From positions 1,290-65,289 of the forward strand of contig CAYOZJ010000003.1 in the NCBI GenBank assembly GCA_964408485.1: DNA of 64,000 nucleotides, given 5' to 3'. Source of the stretch: an uncultured Gammaproteobacteria bacterium. Lineage in GTDB: Bacteria > Patescibacteriota > Microgenomatia > Levybacterales > UBA12049. The notes beneath the pieces were generated by a model. That model had not been told where the DNA came from. It saw only the letters and a program-made list of their open reading frames with translations, and searched no databases. Shown piece by piece: positions 1-10,670 of the stretch. Numbering within the stretch: the first letter of the stretch is position 1; each line of letters starts with the position of its first letter. The translations under genes were made by a program, and so were the position numbers.

Positions 1-402
1 GCACCACAAATTAGTGACATAATTATGAAAAACGGTTTTAGAAGAAGCGTTGAGCTTTTAGGTCCTGTTTCTGAAAGAGAGAAAAGAATACTCTTGCAGA
101 AATCATGGGTTATGGTAAATCCTTCACTTCATGAAGGATGGGGAATTACCGTTATTGAAGCTAATTATTATGGTACTCCAACTGTTGCATTTAATGTACC
201 AGGTTTATCTGATGCAATAAAAGACAATGTTACAGGCTTTCTTTGCAAAAACAACAAAGAGTTTGTTGAAAAAATCACACTACTAATGCAAAAAAAAATA
301 CTCAGAGAAAAGATGGGTAAAAAAGCTCAGGTATGGGCAAAGTTACTAACATGGGATAAGGCGTCCAAAAATAGCCTTTCATTGATGAAGCGCATTGACT
401 AA
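1..402 (+). CDS. GT4 family glycosyltransferase, C-terminal part (5' end outside window)
   Basis: Frame open from base 1; GT4 motif PSLHEGWGITVIEA...GTPTVAFNVPGL. Confidence 0.85.
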   Translation, partial: APQISDIIMKNGFRRSVELLGPVSEREKRILLQKSWVMVNPSLHEGWGITVIEANYYGTPTVAFNVPGLSDAIKDNVTGFLCKNNKEFVEKITLLMQKKILREKMGKKAQVWAKLLTWDKASKNSLSLMKRID

Positions 403-455
403 AAATATATGAAAAATGATTCTATTTTATTTATGACTGTGCTATTATTCCACAT

Positions 456-1289
456 ATGAATATACACCCACTTGTATCTATTTCAATTTCTACGCTTAAT
501 TCCGGAAAAACGATTACAAAAACACTAGAATCTCTTAAAAAACAAACGTACCCAAAAATAGAAATACTTATCGGAGATGGTGGAAGTAATGATGATACAG
601 TGAAAATTGCCAAAAAATATAATGCTATCATTTGCTATGGAAAAGAGTTGGGTAGAGCACGGTACGTTGTGCTTCATAAGGCAAAAGGAAAATATGTTAT
701 GACACTTGATTCAGATCAATACATAGGAAAGACGCTTATAGAAAGAGCGGTTAGAAAAATGGAGAAAGGGAAATATGACGGGCTTATTATTCATGAGGAG
801 TCAACGGTTGGTAAGGAAGGAACATTTATTGAAAAACTTTTAGCATATGACAAATGGGTTGTTGTCTCGAGCCATGATTATAATCCTCTTTTTGGCGCAG
901 AAATTCCAAGAATGTATAAACGAAAAGATTTGCTTCATTTTAAATGGCCAAAGACTGTTTCCATTCTTGATGATGCAATACTTTATCAGAGTAACCTTTC
1001 AAAGCTGAAGAGAATTGGATCTCTGGAAGGAAATGGGTTAAAACACAAAGAAGTAGATAGCTTTAGAGTGTTTTTTAAAAAATTTATGAGGTACGGAAGA
1101 CTCTATAGTCATACATTAAAAGTTTCAAGACAAACAACTATTGCTCATAGTTTGCCCCGACGTGCCTATTTTCGACTGAGTGTCATGAGAAAACCAGAAG
1201 TTTTTTTTGGGGGATTATTTTTGTATGTACTAAAAGCAGTTGCAGTATCATGTGGTATAATTTCATATAAGATTTCCAAAGAAGAATAA
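456..1289 (+). CDS. GT2 family glycosyltransferase
   Basis: N-terminal VSISISTLN, DGGSNDDT, DxD motif (LDSD). Confidence 0.85.
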   Translation: MNIHPLVSISISTLNSGKTITKTLESLKKQTYPKIEILIGDGGSNDDTVKIAKKYNAIICYGKELGRARYVVLHKAKGKYVMTLDSDQYIGKTLIERAVRKMEKGKYDGLIIHEESTVGKEGTFIEKLLAYDKWVVVSSHDYNPLFGAEIPRMYKRKDLLHFKWPKTVSILDDAILYQSNLSKLKRIGSLEGNGLKHKEVDSFRVFFKKFMRYGRLYSHTLKVSRQTTIAHSLPRRAYFRLSVMRKPEVFFGGLFLYVLKAVAVSCGIISYKISKEE

Positions 1290-1293
1290 ATGC

Positions 1294-1686
1294 ATGAGAA
1301 AATCACCATATAAAATACCTGTATCCCCGTTGTACGGAAAGAAAAACGGAATGTACGTTATGGATATAACAGGAGTTCCATTTAAATCTTCCTATACATG
1401 GATTGAAAAAATTTCTATGTCTCTTCCTCCAGGAGTAGTTGCGGGAAATCATAGTCATAAGCATTCAGAAGCATTTCTTGCAATGACACCTGGACTTATT
1501 TTGTATTGGATGGATAAGAAAAGAAAGGTTCATACAATGAACATGTTTCAAAATGAAAAACATTTTTTTATTATTCTGCCCTCAAATATTCCCCATGCAG
1601 TAAAGAATACGGCAAACCATAGTGGTATTATGGTTAAATTTGCTAACGAGCCACCAGGTATAATGAAACGATATACACTGATATGA
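1294..1686 (+). CDS. Cupin-fold protein, WxcM/FdtA-like sugar isomerase candidate
   Basis: GNHSHKHSE and [10 protein letters not shown] cupin motifs; located among nucleotide-sugar genes. Confidence 0.6.
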   Translation: MRKSPYKIPVSPLYGKKNGMYVMDITGVPFKSSYTWIEKISMSLPPGVVAGNHSHKHSEAFLAMTPGLILYWMDKKRKVHTMNMFQNEKHFFIILPSNIPHAVKNTANHSGIMVKFANEPPGIMKRYTLI

Positions 1687-2735
1687 TGAAGAAAGTTCTT
1701 ATTACAGGATCAGCAGGACTCATTGGGTCTGAATCGACAAAATTCTTTGCCCAAAAGGGATTTGAGATACATGGAGTAGACAATAATATGCGTGCATATT
1801 ATTTTGGGCAGGAAGCAAGTACCGACTGGTCGAGGAAATCACTTAAAAAATCTCTTAAAGATCAATATCAACATTATAATGTAGATATTCGAGATTATGC
1901 TGGACTTAAGAAAATATTTAAGAAGACAAAATTTGATCTTATTATCCATGCTGCAGCACAACCATCTCACGACTGGGCTGCAAAAGAACCACTTACAGAT
2001 TTTGGTGTAAATGCAACAGGGACACTCAATATGCTTGAGCATTATCGCAATTATTCGCCAAACGCTGTATTTATTTTTACGTCAACCAATAAAGTTTATG
2101 GTGATAGGCCAAATACTCTTCCTCTTATTGAGTTGGAGAAAAGATTCGAACTTCCTAAGAATCATATGTATTACAACGGAATAGATGAATCAATGAGTAT
2201 TGATAATTCCAAACATAGTATTTTTGGAGCATCGAAAGTTGCAGCAGATGTTATGGTGCAAGAGTATGGAAAATACTTTGGATTGCACACTGCAGTGTTT
2301 CGGGGAGGATGTCTTACGGGGCCTGCGCATAGTGGGACAAGGTTACACGGATTTTTAGCATACCTTATAAAGTGTATTGCCACAGAAACTCCATATACCA
2401 TTTTTGGCTATAAAGGAAAGCAGGTACGAGATAACATTCACTCTTATGACTTAGTAAATGCGTTTTATCACGTATATAAAAAACCAAGATCAGGTGAAGT
2501 ATATAACATGGGAGGATCGAGACATTCTAATACCTCAATGCTTGAAGCAATAGAAAAAGCTGAAAAAGTTTTAGGTAAGAAAGCAAAAGTAAAATACGTA
2601 AAGTCCAATAGAATTGGTGATCACATATGGTACATTTCAAATGTATCAAAGTTTACATCTCACTATCCTGACTGGAAATATACCTATGACAATGACGCAA
2701 TTATAAAAGAAATTGCAACCTCGGGACATTTTTAG
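1683..2735 (+). CDS. NAD-dependent epimerase/dehydratase, CDP-paratose 2-epimerase (RfbE)-like
   Basis: [25 protein letters not shown] and GKQVRDNIH motifs. Confidence 0.8.
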   Translation: MMKKVLITGSAGLIGSESTKFFAQKGFEIHGVDNNMRAYYFGQEASTDWSRKSLKKSLKDQYQHYNVDIRDYAGLKKIFKKTKFDLIIHAAAQPSHDWAAKEPLTDFGVNATGTLNMLEHYRNYSPNAVFIFTSTNKVYGDRPNTLPLIELEKRFELPKNHMYYNGIDESMSIDNSKHSIFGASKVAADVMVQEYGKYFGLHTAVFRGGCLTGPAHSGTRLHGFLAYLIKCIATETPYTIFGYKGKQVRDNIHSYDLVNAFYHVYKKPRSGEVYNMGGSRHSNTSMLEAIEKAEKVLGKKAKVKYVKSNRIGDHIWYISNVSKFTSHYPDWKYTYDNDAIIKEIATSGHF

Positions 2736-2737
2736 GT

Positions 2738-4426
2738 ATGAAGAAGTATTTTTTTTCTCTTAATACTTTCCTTTTATTCTTAATTTTCTCTGCAATTTTG
2801 TATACTTTTTGGGATTTACCCAAGACATTTTTTCAACAAGATGAATGGCTAGGTTCAGGGCAAGTAATTGCATTGGGGTATGGTGCCATTATTAATGGAC
2901 TATCTCCTTTGCAGATAATTTTTGCAGACGCAAGACCCCTTACGAGACTCATTGGAGTAATTTTTACAAGTATATTCTCTTTTAATGCTGCGCCATATGC
3001 ATATTATGGAATTTTGTTACACATGATTAATACAATTCTCATTTTTTTAATTGCCAAAAAACTTCTTAAAAATATTGTGGCTGTATTTATGGGTACTGTC
3101 TTTTTTGCCCTTAATAGTGTTTCTCATCAGTCCATCACGTGGTTTGCAGCTTCGTTTGGAGTTCAGCCTGCTTCGATTTGCATTTTTTTATCTATCTATT
3201 TATTCCTTATATATATAGAAAAAAACAAAGCTAAATTTGCTTATGTCTCTCTTTTTTTTGCACTACTATCTCTCTATTTTAAGGAGAGTGGAGTATTTCT
3301 ATTTGCATTTTTACCAACTCTTCCATTTATCTTTGGAAAGAAAATTAACAAAAAAAAGTATATAAAAATTTTCTCACCCTTTATAATCTTTATTTTCCTT
3401 TTCGTTTTGTATCGTCTTATTGAAATGATCGTTCCGGTTCTTACTCCGAGAGATCTTTTTAATTCTCCTGTTTATGCTAGTCTTAGCCAAGGGAAGGTAT
3501 TCTTTATTCAATCGATGGTTTTTAGGCTTGTTATGTACCCTCTGACAAGTTTTTCACTTATGTTCGTTCCTGCATATACAGCACTTTTTGTAGCATATGA
3601 TTTTACAAATGTTTATTACCCGTATATTACTCAGCATGTTGATCTTATTGGAGAAACAGTTGTTTTAGATATGCTATCTATTATTGGATCGTTTGTACTT
3701 CTTCTATACATGGGAATAAAAATAAGATTTGAGAAAAAATCTAGACATGTACTTTTTTTTGTTATTTCATTATTCTTTTTGGCAGTTATGCCGTACATTA
3801 TCATTGGAAAATCATATGCGTATATGGAGCCAAGATATTACTATATTCCTTTGGCAGCGGGAGCAGTCCTTATTGGTTATATAGCCAAAGATGTCTTTGC
3901 CCTAAGCAAAAAATTTACTGTAATAAAATTACTTTTTGTTGCAATATTCATATATCTTATGTGTCTTCATGTAGGTGAAATAAAGCAAGATATTCATATG
4001 CAGGTAGTAACAGCATCAGAAAGAAAAGGATTTATCAAACAGCTCATCAATGAAGTACCAACCCTTAAAAATAACGTAAATGTATTCTATTTTAGTAGTG
4101 ATAGAAAATGGTGGAATGATAACAACACAGTTCCGTTTCAACACGGTTTTGGGTATTCTGTTCCGGTTTTGTATTACAATTCAGGTAAGATGCCAAAACA
4201 ATTTTTAATAAATGGTTACTTGTGGTCACTTGGAAGTGAGGGTTACAGAACAGTAGATGATCTGTCTTATGGGTACTATACATCCTTTGACCATCTCAAG
4301 GAAGCTAAAGATAAATACCAATTTAGTCCAAATAATGTTTATGCATTTTACTATGATTCTAAAACAATGAAATTATTAAATATAACAAAGCGGACACGTG
4401 AGGAGCTTCTTGATGAAATTAGATAA
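2738..4426 (+). CDS. Polytopic membrane protein, GT-C-type glycosyltransferase candidate
   Basis: About 11 hydrophobic segments; acidic FFQQDEW motif after TM1, RPL, KESG, PRYYY; soluble C-terminal domain. Confidence 0.6.
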   Translation: MKKYFFSLNTFLLFLIFSAILYTFWDLPKTFFQQDEWLGSGQVIALGYGAIINGLSPLQIIFADARPLTRLIGVIFTSIFSFNAAPYAYYGILLHMINTILIFLIAKKLLKNIVAVFMGTVFFALNSVSHQSITWFAASFGVQPASICIFLSIYLFLIYIEKNKAKFAYVSLFFALLSLYFKESGVFLFAFLPTLPFIFGKKINKKKYIKIFSPFIIFIFLFVLYRLIEMIVPVLTPRDLFNSPVYASLSQGKVFFIQSMVFRLVMYPLTSFSLMFVPAYTALFVAYDFTNVYYPYITQHVDLIGETVVLDMLSIIGSFVLLLYMGIKIRFEKKSRHVLFFVISLFFLAVMPYIIIGKSYAYMEPRYYYIPLAAGAVLIGYIAKDVFALSKKFTVIKLLFVAIFIYLMCLHVGEIKQDIHMQVVTASERKGFIKQLINEVPTLKNNVNVFYFSSDRKWWNDNNTVPFQHGFGYSVPVLYYNSGKMPKQFLINGYLWSLGSEGYRTVDDLSYGYYTSFDHLKEAKDKYQFSPNNVYAFYYDSKTMKLLNITKRTREELLDEIR

Positions 4427-5045
4427 CCTAATTGATTTCTTTACTAACGAATTTTACAAATTGATAGTTAAAAATTCTATTAATAATGCTACGTCAGTAC
4501 TTGATGTAGGTTGTGGATACAATTCAATATTAGGAAAGATTAAGGGTTCATTTCGATCAACAGGAATTGATCTTTTCAGAGAATGTGTAAGGGTTAGCAA
4601 GAAGGCCAAAATTCATAACAAGTATATAATTGGAGACATACGAAAACTGCAGAAATATTTCCCCAATAAAAGCTTTGATAGTGTTATTGCACTAGATGTT
4701 ATAGAGCACTTAACAAGAAAACAAGCAAAATCAATGATACTTCGAATGGAAAGAATTGCAAAAAAAAGAGTTATCATTATGACTCCGAATGGATTTTATC
4801 CACAAAAAATGTTGTTTGGAAATCCCCATCAAAAGCATAAGTCAGGGTGGTATATACATGACCTTAAAGAATTAGGCTACAAGGTGCATGGTCTCAGAGG
4901 AATAAAGTCTATTCGAGGTATTCATGCAATGATACGTTACAAGCCCTGGTTTTTCTGGGGATTTATTGCTTTTGTTTCGGAACCACTGCTCTATTTCTTT
5001 CCAAAATATGCATACCATCTATTTGCAGTGAAGGATATCAATTAG
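4413..5045 (+). CDS. Class I SAM-dependent methyltransferase
   Basis: VLDVGCG, FDSVIALDVIEHL; ATG 4413 preceded by GAGGAG (ORF track start is 4398). Confidence 0.85.
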   Translation: MKLDNLIDFFTNEFYKLIVKNSINNATSVLDVGCGYNSILGKIKGSFRSTGIDLFRECVRVSKKAKIHNKYIIGDIRKLQKYFPNKSFDSVIALDVIEHLTRKQAKSMILRMERIAKKRVIIMTPNGFYPQKMLFGNPHQKHKSGWYIHDLKELGYKVHGLRGIKSIRGIHAMIRYKPWFFWGFIAFVSEPLLYFFPKYAYHLFAVKDIN

Positions 5046-6279
5046 CTTTTTTCATTCTGGATAAAGCGTTTGTATAGGTATTTTCCCAAACATTATTTTT
5101 CGCGTACCTCCGACTATACTCTGTCATTTTTTTAATCTCTTCCGGGTGGTTAAATAATTGTATCATTGCTTTTGCGAGCGCTTCTTTATTGCTCTTTACA
5201 ATAATTGCTAATTTTTTTCCCGCGAGCTCTTTTCCTAAAGGAGGGACATCTGTTGCAATAATAGCTAAGCCTGATGCTGCATAAATTCTTAATTTTGTTG
5301 CATCGCCATAAAGGCGTATTGAGCCTTCAAATCTTTTATACGGAGCAAGACCTATCTGATAGTGAGAAATCATTTTAGATAGTTTGTTTAAATCCCATAT
5401 AGCGCCGTGAAAGATAACATTTTTTCCAAGATTATATTTTTTAATCATTTTTTGTAAGTATGTTGCTTCGAATCCTTGACCACCACCACCAATAATGTGA
5501 AGCGTTGCTGTGGGAATACTTCTTACAACGTCTCTAAATGCTTCTATGGCCGTGTCTGGTCCATTCTCAAGTCCTAATGTCCCAACAAATACAACAGAAT
5601 TTTTTTCTCTTTTCTCAAAGGGTAGATAGAACAGTTGATTTTTAAAAAGAGCATTTGGGACAAGAATAACTGGTGCACTCTTTTTTTGATCAAGTCCAAC
5701 AGCAAGTCTTGCTGGTTGCATTGCAGGAGAAACGTCCCAGATATAGTCACTGTGCATAGCTGCCATTCTGTCTAGCCACAAGTAGAAGTTATTAACGAGC
5801 GTATTGCCAAACCTCTTTGGAGAATAGTCTGAGACATAATACACAACACTCTTTACTTTCCCCATCTTTCTAAGAACAACGCCAGCGAGCGCATTTACAC
5901 TTTCTAAGCCAATAAAAAGATCAAATGCATCCTGTTGTTTAATTCCTGCTTCAATCACACTTAAAAAATCTCGAATTTTATGAGCAATACGAGTACCTGG
6001 TTTATTTGTTAAATAAAGAAAGGGAAGAAGGGGAAATACTAAAAAAATAGTTTTTTCAATTTTTTTCAACCTTTTACCTACATATTCCTCTATTGTTGGG
6101 AAAATTTTATCACTTCCTGGATATGGTTGATCTATAAGCCATACCTCTTTAAAATTTGGCAACATGTAAGAAAGCATTGGCTCTATCATGCCATTGGTAG
6201 AAGCGCGAATCCCTTTTTTCCAAGGAGAAAACGTTGCAATAAGCACAGAAGAATTGTTGTGAACGTTTTTATTTGACAT
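5038..6279 (-). CDS. GT4 family glycosyltransferase
   Basis: VVFVGTL, LHIIGGG, KLRIYAASGLAIIATDV; ATG 6279 overlaps the upstream epimerase. Confidence 0.75.
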   Translation of the reverse strand: MSNKNVHNNSSVLIATFSPWKKGIRASTNGMIEPMLSYMLPNFKEVWLIDQPYPGSDKIFPTIEEYVGKRLKKIEKTIFLVFPLLPFLYLTNKPGTRIAHKIRDFLSVIEAGIKQQDAFDLFIGLESVNALAGVVLRKMGKVKSVVYYVSDYSPKRFGNTLVNNFYLWLDRMAAMHSDYIWDVSPAMQPARLAVGLDQKKSAPVILVPNALFKNQLFYLPFEKREKNSVVFVGTLGLENGPDTAIEAFRDVVRSIPTATLHIIGGGGQGFEATYLQKMIKKYNLGKNVIFHGAIWDLNKLSKMISHYQIGLAPYKRFEGSIRLYGDATKLRIYAASGLAIIATDVPPLGKELAGKKLAIIVKSNKEALAKAMIQLFNHPEEIKKMTEYSRRYAKNNVWENTYTNALSRMKKAN

Positions 6280-7225
6280 AATTCTGTGCCCACTCAAGCG
6301 TTTTTCTTATTCCTTCCTCAAGTGGAGTAGTTGGGATAAACTTGAGTAGTTTGTGGGCGAGTGTTATATCTGCTTCAACAAACTTTTGGTCACCTGATCT
6401 TTTTGGTTTAAAATGAATGGGATATTTTTTAACATCCTTTCCACACGCTTTTATTACTGTTTTTGCCAACTCAAGCATACCTGTCTGTCTGCCAAAACCA
6501 ATATTAAAAACATTTCCAAAACTTTTTTTATTTTCTATTGCATCAACCCACATGCTCGCAACATCACCAACATAGACAAAGTCCCGTGCTTGTTTTCCAT
6601 CACCGTAAATGGTAATTGGTTCGTTGCGCAGGACATTTCCCATAAAAATAGCAAGAACACCTTGATATGGATTAGTGAGTGATTGCCTTGGTCCATAGAC
6701 GTTAAACATGCGAAATGAGGTTACGTTAAGAGGATTGGTTAGATCTACTCTATTTGCTGTTGTGTGAATAAATCTCTCTGCAGCGTATTTCGCAATCCCA
6801 TAATAATTAATTGGTACACATGCATCCTCTTCTAGAATGGGAAGACGCGCTGGGTTTCCATAGACAGTCATTGACGATGCATAAAGAAATCTATTTGTAT
6901 TATGTTTTACCGCGCCCATAATCATATTGACACTACCTATAAAGTTTGTTTCAAAATCTAACTCAGGATTGGTAAATGAGTTAACAATAGAAGGTTGGCC
7001 GGCAATATGAAGAATTATATCAAAAGAAGTTTTTGATAAAAGCTTTTCAACGTGACTTTTTTTAGAAACATCACCGTTAACAAATGCTGCCTGCTTATGA
7101 ATATATTCTTTTTTACCTGACGCGAGGTTATCAAATACCGTAACGGAATAGTTCTTTTCTATGAGTGAATCAACAACATGACTTCCAATAAATCCTGCCC
7201 CTCCGGTTACTAATACGCGTTTCAT
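6269..7225 (-). CDS. NAD-dependent epimerase, UDP-glucose 4-epimerase-like
   Basis: VTGGAGFIGSH, YxxxK (YGIAK), FNVYGPRQ, GDGKQARDFVYV. Confidence 0.9.
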   Translation of the reverse strand: MKRVLVTGGAGFIGSHVVDSLIEKNYSVTVFDNLASGKKEYIHKQAAFVNGDVSKKSHVEKLLSKTSFDIILHIAGQPSIVNSFTNPELDFETNFIGSVNMIMGAVKHNTNRFLYASSMTVYGNPARLPILEEDACVPINYYGIAKYAAERFIHTTANRVDLTNPLNVTSFRMFNVYGPRQSLTNPYQGVLAIFMGNVLRNEPITIYGDGKQARDFVYVGDVASMWVDAIENKKSFGNVFNIGFGRQTGMLELAKTVIKACGKDVKKYPIHFKPKRSGDQKFVEADITLAHKLLKFIPTTPLEEGIRKTLEWAQNYVK

Positions 7226-7288
7226 ATATGTGATGAGATCACTACTGTATCATATTACCTTTTTTGCTACAATACAAAAGTTGTCTCA

Positions 7289-9604
7289 ATGAAAACAATT
7301 TTGTCTTTTCTCCAAAATCATCAAGGATTTTTTATAAATCTTATTACAATCGTTATTTTCTTTGCGCTTCCGTATTGGATATTTGAAGGAAAGTTGTTTG
7401 TTGGAGGTGATGATACAAGATTAATCTATGCATACCCTTGGGAATATCTTCGATCCATGTCTTTTTTCTCTTGGATAAATCTTTCATCTGTTGGATATTT
7501 TGCGCCTAATCACTTTTCTTATCCATTCGCTCTAATATGGACAGCACTATTTCTGATAATAAAATCACGAGTTGTTATTGATTATCTATCTTTTTCACTG
7601 CCTATCATTTTAGGGTTCATTTACTTTAAAAAACTTATAAAGGAATTTTTGCCACGGTCAACCTATGTCGAGCAGTACATAAGTACAATTTTTTATCTCC
7701 TTTCTCCTATCCTTGCGATTAATCAATTAGCTGTTTTTCTTATGTCAGCATGGCTTGTTGGATTATTTCCATTCGTGACGTACCACTATATTTGTTATGT
7801 AAAGACAGCCAAAACTCGTTATGTTGTTATTTCCGTTATGGTGTGTATTTTTCTTTCCTTAGCGTTTTATAGCATTCCTTGGCTTGCCGGGTTACTGCTT
7901 CCCGTTGTGTTGGGACTTCCTGTGGGGTTGCTGCTTTTTAAGAAATATTCGTTTAAAACCTTTTTCATTAGATCAATAATTTTTTTTGGATTCATTTTTT
8001 TATCACAATCCTTTTGGACTATTCCGTTTGTAATGCAATTTCTTGTAAAGGGAAATGGCCTTGGGGATTTAATTAGTGACAGAGCCAGTACATTTCGCGC
8101 TACGGTTGTGCAGACGTCAACGGGTAACATTATTTATCCGCTCCTTAACCTTTTTCACCGAGATCTAACCTTTACTCATGAATGGGATTTACGTAAAATT
8201 TTTCTTTCATTTTATGATAAAACATTTTTCTTTAATACAATCTTTATTGCTGTTATTTTTGCTGGGCTTTTTAATTGGGAAAAAAAACTTACCGAATTAG
8301 AAGGGAAGATGTATCTTCTTGTCCTTTCTATATTTTTGATATCACTTTTTTTCTACACAGTTAATATAGGACCACTCAAGGAGGTTTTCTTATTTCTTGG
8401 ATATTTGCCAGGATTCTCGATGTTTCGAAATGCATTCGACAAATTTGCTTTAGGATTTGTTTTTCTGTATGGAATTTTCTTTTCCTTTTCTATTGTTATT
8501 GTTTTAAGAAAATTTTCAAAGTATCGCACTGTAATTCTTTTATGCGTGCTTTTGGTAATTGTTGTGAATGCTTTTCCTTTAAAAAGAACAATTAATAGTC
8601 CTTTGTGGACAACAAACCGTACATACAGAGCAATTACATTCCCACAAGAATATTTTCAATTCCTCTCATTAGTAAAAAATACAACAGATCCTACATCTAA
8701 TATTCTTAATTTCCCCCTTAATATCGCAGGATATGCAATCGTTAAAGACGATACAACAAATAATGTTTTTGCCGGAACGTCTCCAACAAAATTCTTTACG
8801 GGTATTAATGATTATTCTGGAGATCTATCGTTTTCTCGGAGTGAGTCAGATAGAATGTGGAAGTATATAGATAACAGAGATTATGAAGGCCTTCGAAATT
8901 TTTACTACACATATAATGTTGGCGCAGTATTGGTAACAAAAAATATACCTCAAGAAGTGAAGAGATCTTATTTGTTTTTTGGTGGCAGTAAGCTACATAA
9001 TCAGGATAGAGTTTTTCTTGATGAGATTACGGATAAAAAACTTCTTACCAGCTCTCAAGGGAATTATGAGTTGTATTCGATTAAGAAGCCTAATATTGCA
9101 ATTTCTATGCGCCAGGGACTCTTTCAGAAAGTTAGCCCTGTAAAATACCAAGCCTATATGCATCTAACTTCTCCAGATGAGTTGTCATTTATTGATTCCT
9201 ACCATAATGGTTGGAGATTATATCTTGAAAAATATCATAATCCCACAAACTGTATACAGCATATTGTTAAAACCATGAATAATGTTTCTGAATGTAAATC
9301 TGCAGATTTGTTGTTTCAGTGGAATGACTTGTCCTACCTTTTTAGACCGTCACTTGCACAGACCACGCATGGGTTTTCAACAAAATATAATAATACCTGG
9401 AAAGTAGATCCTACAGTTATCCAAAATCAGTACAACCCATCTTTTTTTAAGAAAAATCCTGATGGATCAATAGATGTATTAATTTCTATTTATTTTATTC
9501 CTCAAGAAGCATTTTACGCAGGAATGCTTATTACTGCAATTGTTTTGTTAGGGATGATTCCATGTCTTTTATTTGTATCAAAAAAATATGCAAAGAAAAA
9601 ATAA
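7289..9604 (+). CDS. Large polytopic GT-C-type membrane glycosyltransferase candidate (AftD/YfhO-like architecture)
   Basis: GGDD after TM1, many TM helices, LPGFSMFRNAFDKF loop, C-terminal SPVKY...SYHNGW...YFIPQ domain plus final TM. Confidence 0.6.
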   Translation: MKTILSFLQNHQGFFINLITIVIFFALPYWIFEGKLFVGGDDTRLIYAYPWEYLRSMSFFSWINLSSVGYFAPNHFSYPFALIWTALFLIIKSRVVIDYLSFSLPIILGFIYFKKLIKEFLPRSTYVEQYISTIFYLLSPILAINQLAVFLMSAWLVGLFPFVTYHYICYVKTAKTRYVVISVMVCIFLSLAFYSIPWLAGLLLPVVLGLPVGLLLFKKYSFKTFFIRSIIFFGFIFLSQSFWTIPFVMQFLVKGNGLGDLISDRASTFRATVVQTSTGNIIYPLLNLFHRDLTFTHEWDLRKIFLSFYDKTFFFNTIFIAVIFAGLFNWEKKLTELEGKMYLLVLSIFLISLFFYTVNIGPLKEVFLFLGYLPGFSMFRNAFDKFALGFVFLYGIFFSFSIVIVLRKFSKYRTVILLCVLLVIVVNAFPLKRTINSPLWTTNRTYRAITFPQEYFQFLSLVKNTTDPTSNILNFPLNIAGYAIVKDDTTNNVFAGTSPTKFFTGINDYSGDLSFSRSESDRMWKYIDNRDYEGLRNFYYTYNVGAVLVTKNIPQEVKRSYLFFGGSKLHNQDRVFLDEITDKKLLTSSQGNYELYSIKKPNIAISMRQGLFQKVSPVKYQAYMHLTSPDELSFIDSYHNGWRLYLEKYHNPTNCIQHIVKTMNNVSECKSADLLFQWNDLSYLFRPSLAQTTHGFSTKYNNTWKVDPTVIQNQYNPSFFKKNPDGSIDVLISIYFIPQEAFYAGMLITAIVLLGMIPCLLFVSKKYAKKK

Positions 9605-10670
9605 CACATACAAATCATTTTTCATGATAATCCTCATTTGGATTATTATGCCCATAGCTCTATTTTCTATCTGGCTGATAGGTTCATTGTTTTCTAATCC
9701 ATTAGGAGGGTTTACGACATTACTATACCCTCATAGTAATAAAGAATATACAGCGTTACCTAAAGATAACCTCCTGCTTAAGAACACGAAAGTTACTGGG
9801 CAATTTACATCGCAAGAGAATAACCTGGGTATTATTACATTGCGGGTTGGGAGAAGTCTATCTACGCAGCAAGATGAACCATTGTTCCTAAAATTTCATA
9901 TAAAAGAAAAACAAGCCAAAAACTGGTATTACGAAAATGTGTATAACGTTGGTTCTTTAAGAGAGGATAATGTCATTGTTTTTGGATTTCCTAAAATTTC
10001 CGATTCTAGAGGTAAAATTTATGAATTCGAATTAGTATCACTGAATGGCAATATGACAAATGCCATAGCAATTACCAAAGGATATGACTCTTTTGTTACA
10101 AGATACATTTATTCAAGAAAAGAAATATCAGAGAAGAAAATGTATATGGCCATGCCTTACAAAAAAATCTTATCAATTATTTCCTACCCGCAAGTGTTAC
10201 TGTCAAGTCTGATTTTTATGTTACCTTTGGTGTTTTATTTTCTTTTTGTGTCGTTGTATCTATCTCGAAATATCGCCCTTTTCTTTTCAAAACATGTAGA
10301 AAAAAGAATTAACAGTAATGTAGCAAGTGCCATAATGACTAATTCCTTCATTCAAAATTATTTAAAAAAGAGCTTTTTAGGGTCCTTCACTATTACTCTT
10401 ATTGTTGCCGATATTTTCCTCATACAATCAATTTATTATGGTATCGCGTTGGGTTTGCTGGGATTTTGGATAGTTGCGGTGGTAAAAGATGCGTTGTCGC
10501 CAAGAATTTCTTTGGCATTTTCTCTCGTGTGGCTATTGCTTTCTGAGGTGTTTATTTTGTATGGCTTAATTCCTCAGGAGAATAAAAGTGCGATGTGGGC
10601 ATATTTTTTTCTTGTCACTGCAGTAGTACAAATACTTTGGAAAGAAGCAGCTAATGATAACAAAGCATAG
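9588..10670 (+). CDS. Membrane protein with extracytoplasmic beta-type domain, unknown function
   Basis: N-terminal TM, ENNLGII...FGFPKISDSRGKIYEF domain, about 5 C-terminal TMs; ORF track start is 9573 (TTG). Confidence 0.6.
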   Translation: MQRKNNTYKSFFMIILIWIIMPIALFSIWLIGSLFSNPLGGFTTLLYPHSNKEYTALPKDNLLLKNTKVTGQFTSQENNLGIITLRVGRSLSTQQDEPLFLKFHIKEKQAKNWYYENVYNVGSLREDNVIVFGFPKISDSRGKIYEFELVSLNGNMTNAIAITKGYDSFVTRYIYSRKEISEKKMYMAMPYKKILSIISYPQVLLSSLIFMLPLVFYFLFVSLYLSRNIALFFSKHVEKRINSNVASAIMTNSFIQNYLKKSFLGSFTITLIVADIFLIQSIYYGIALGLLGFWIVAVVKDALSPRISLAFSLVWLLLSEVFILYGLIPQENKSAMWAYFFLVTAVVQILWKEAANDNKA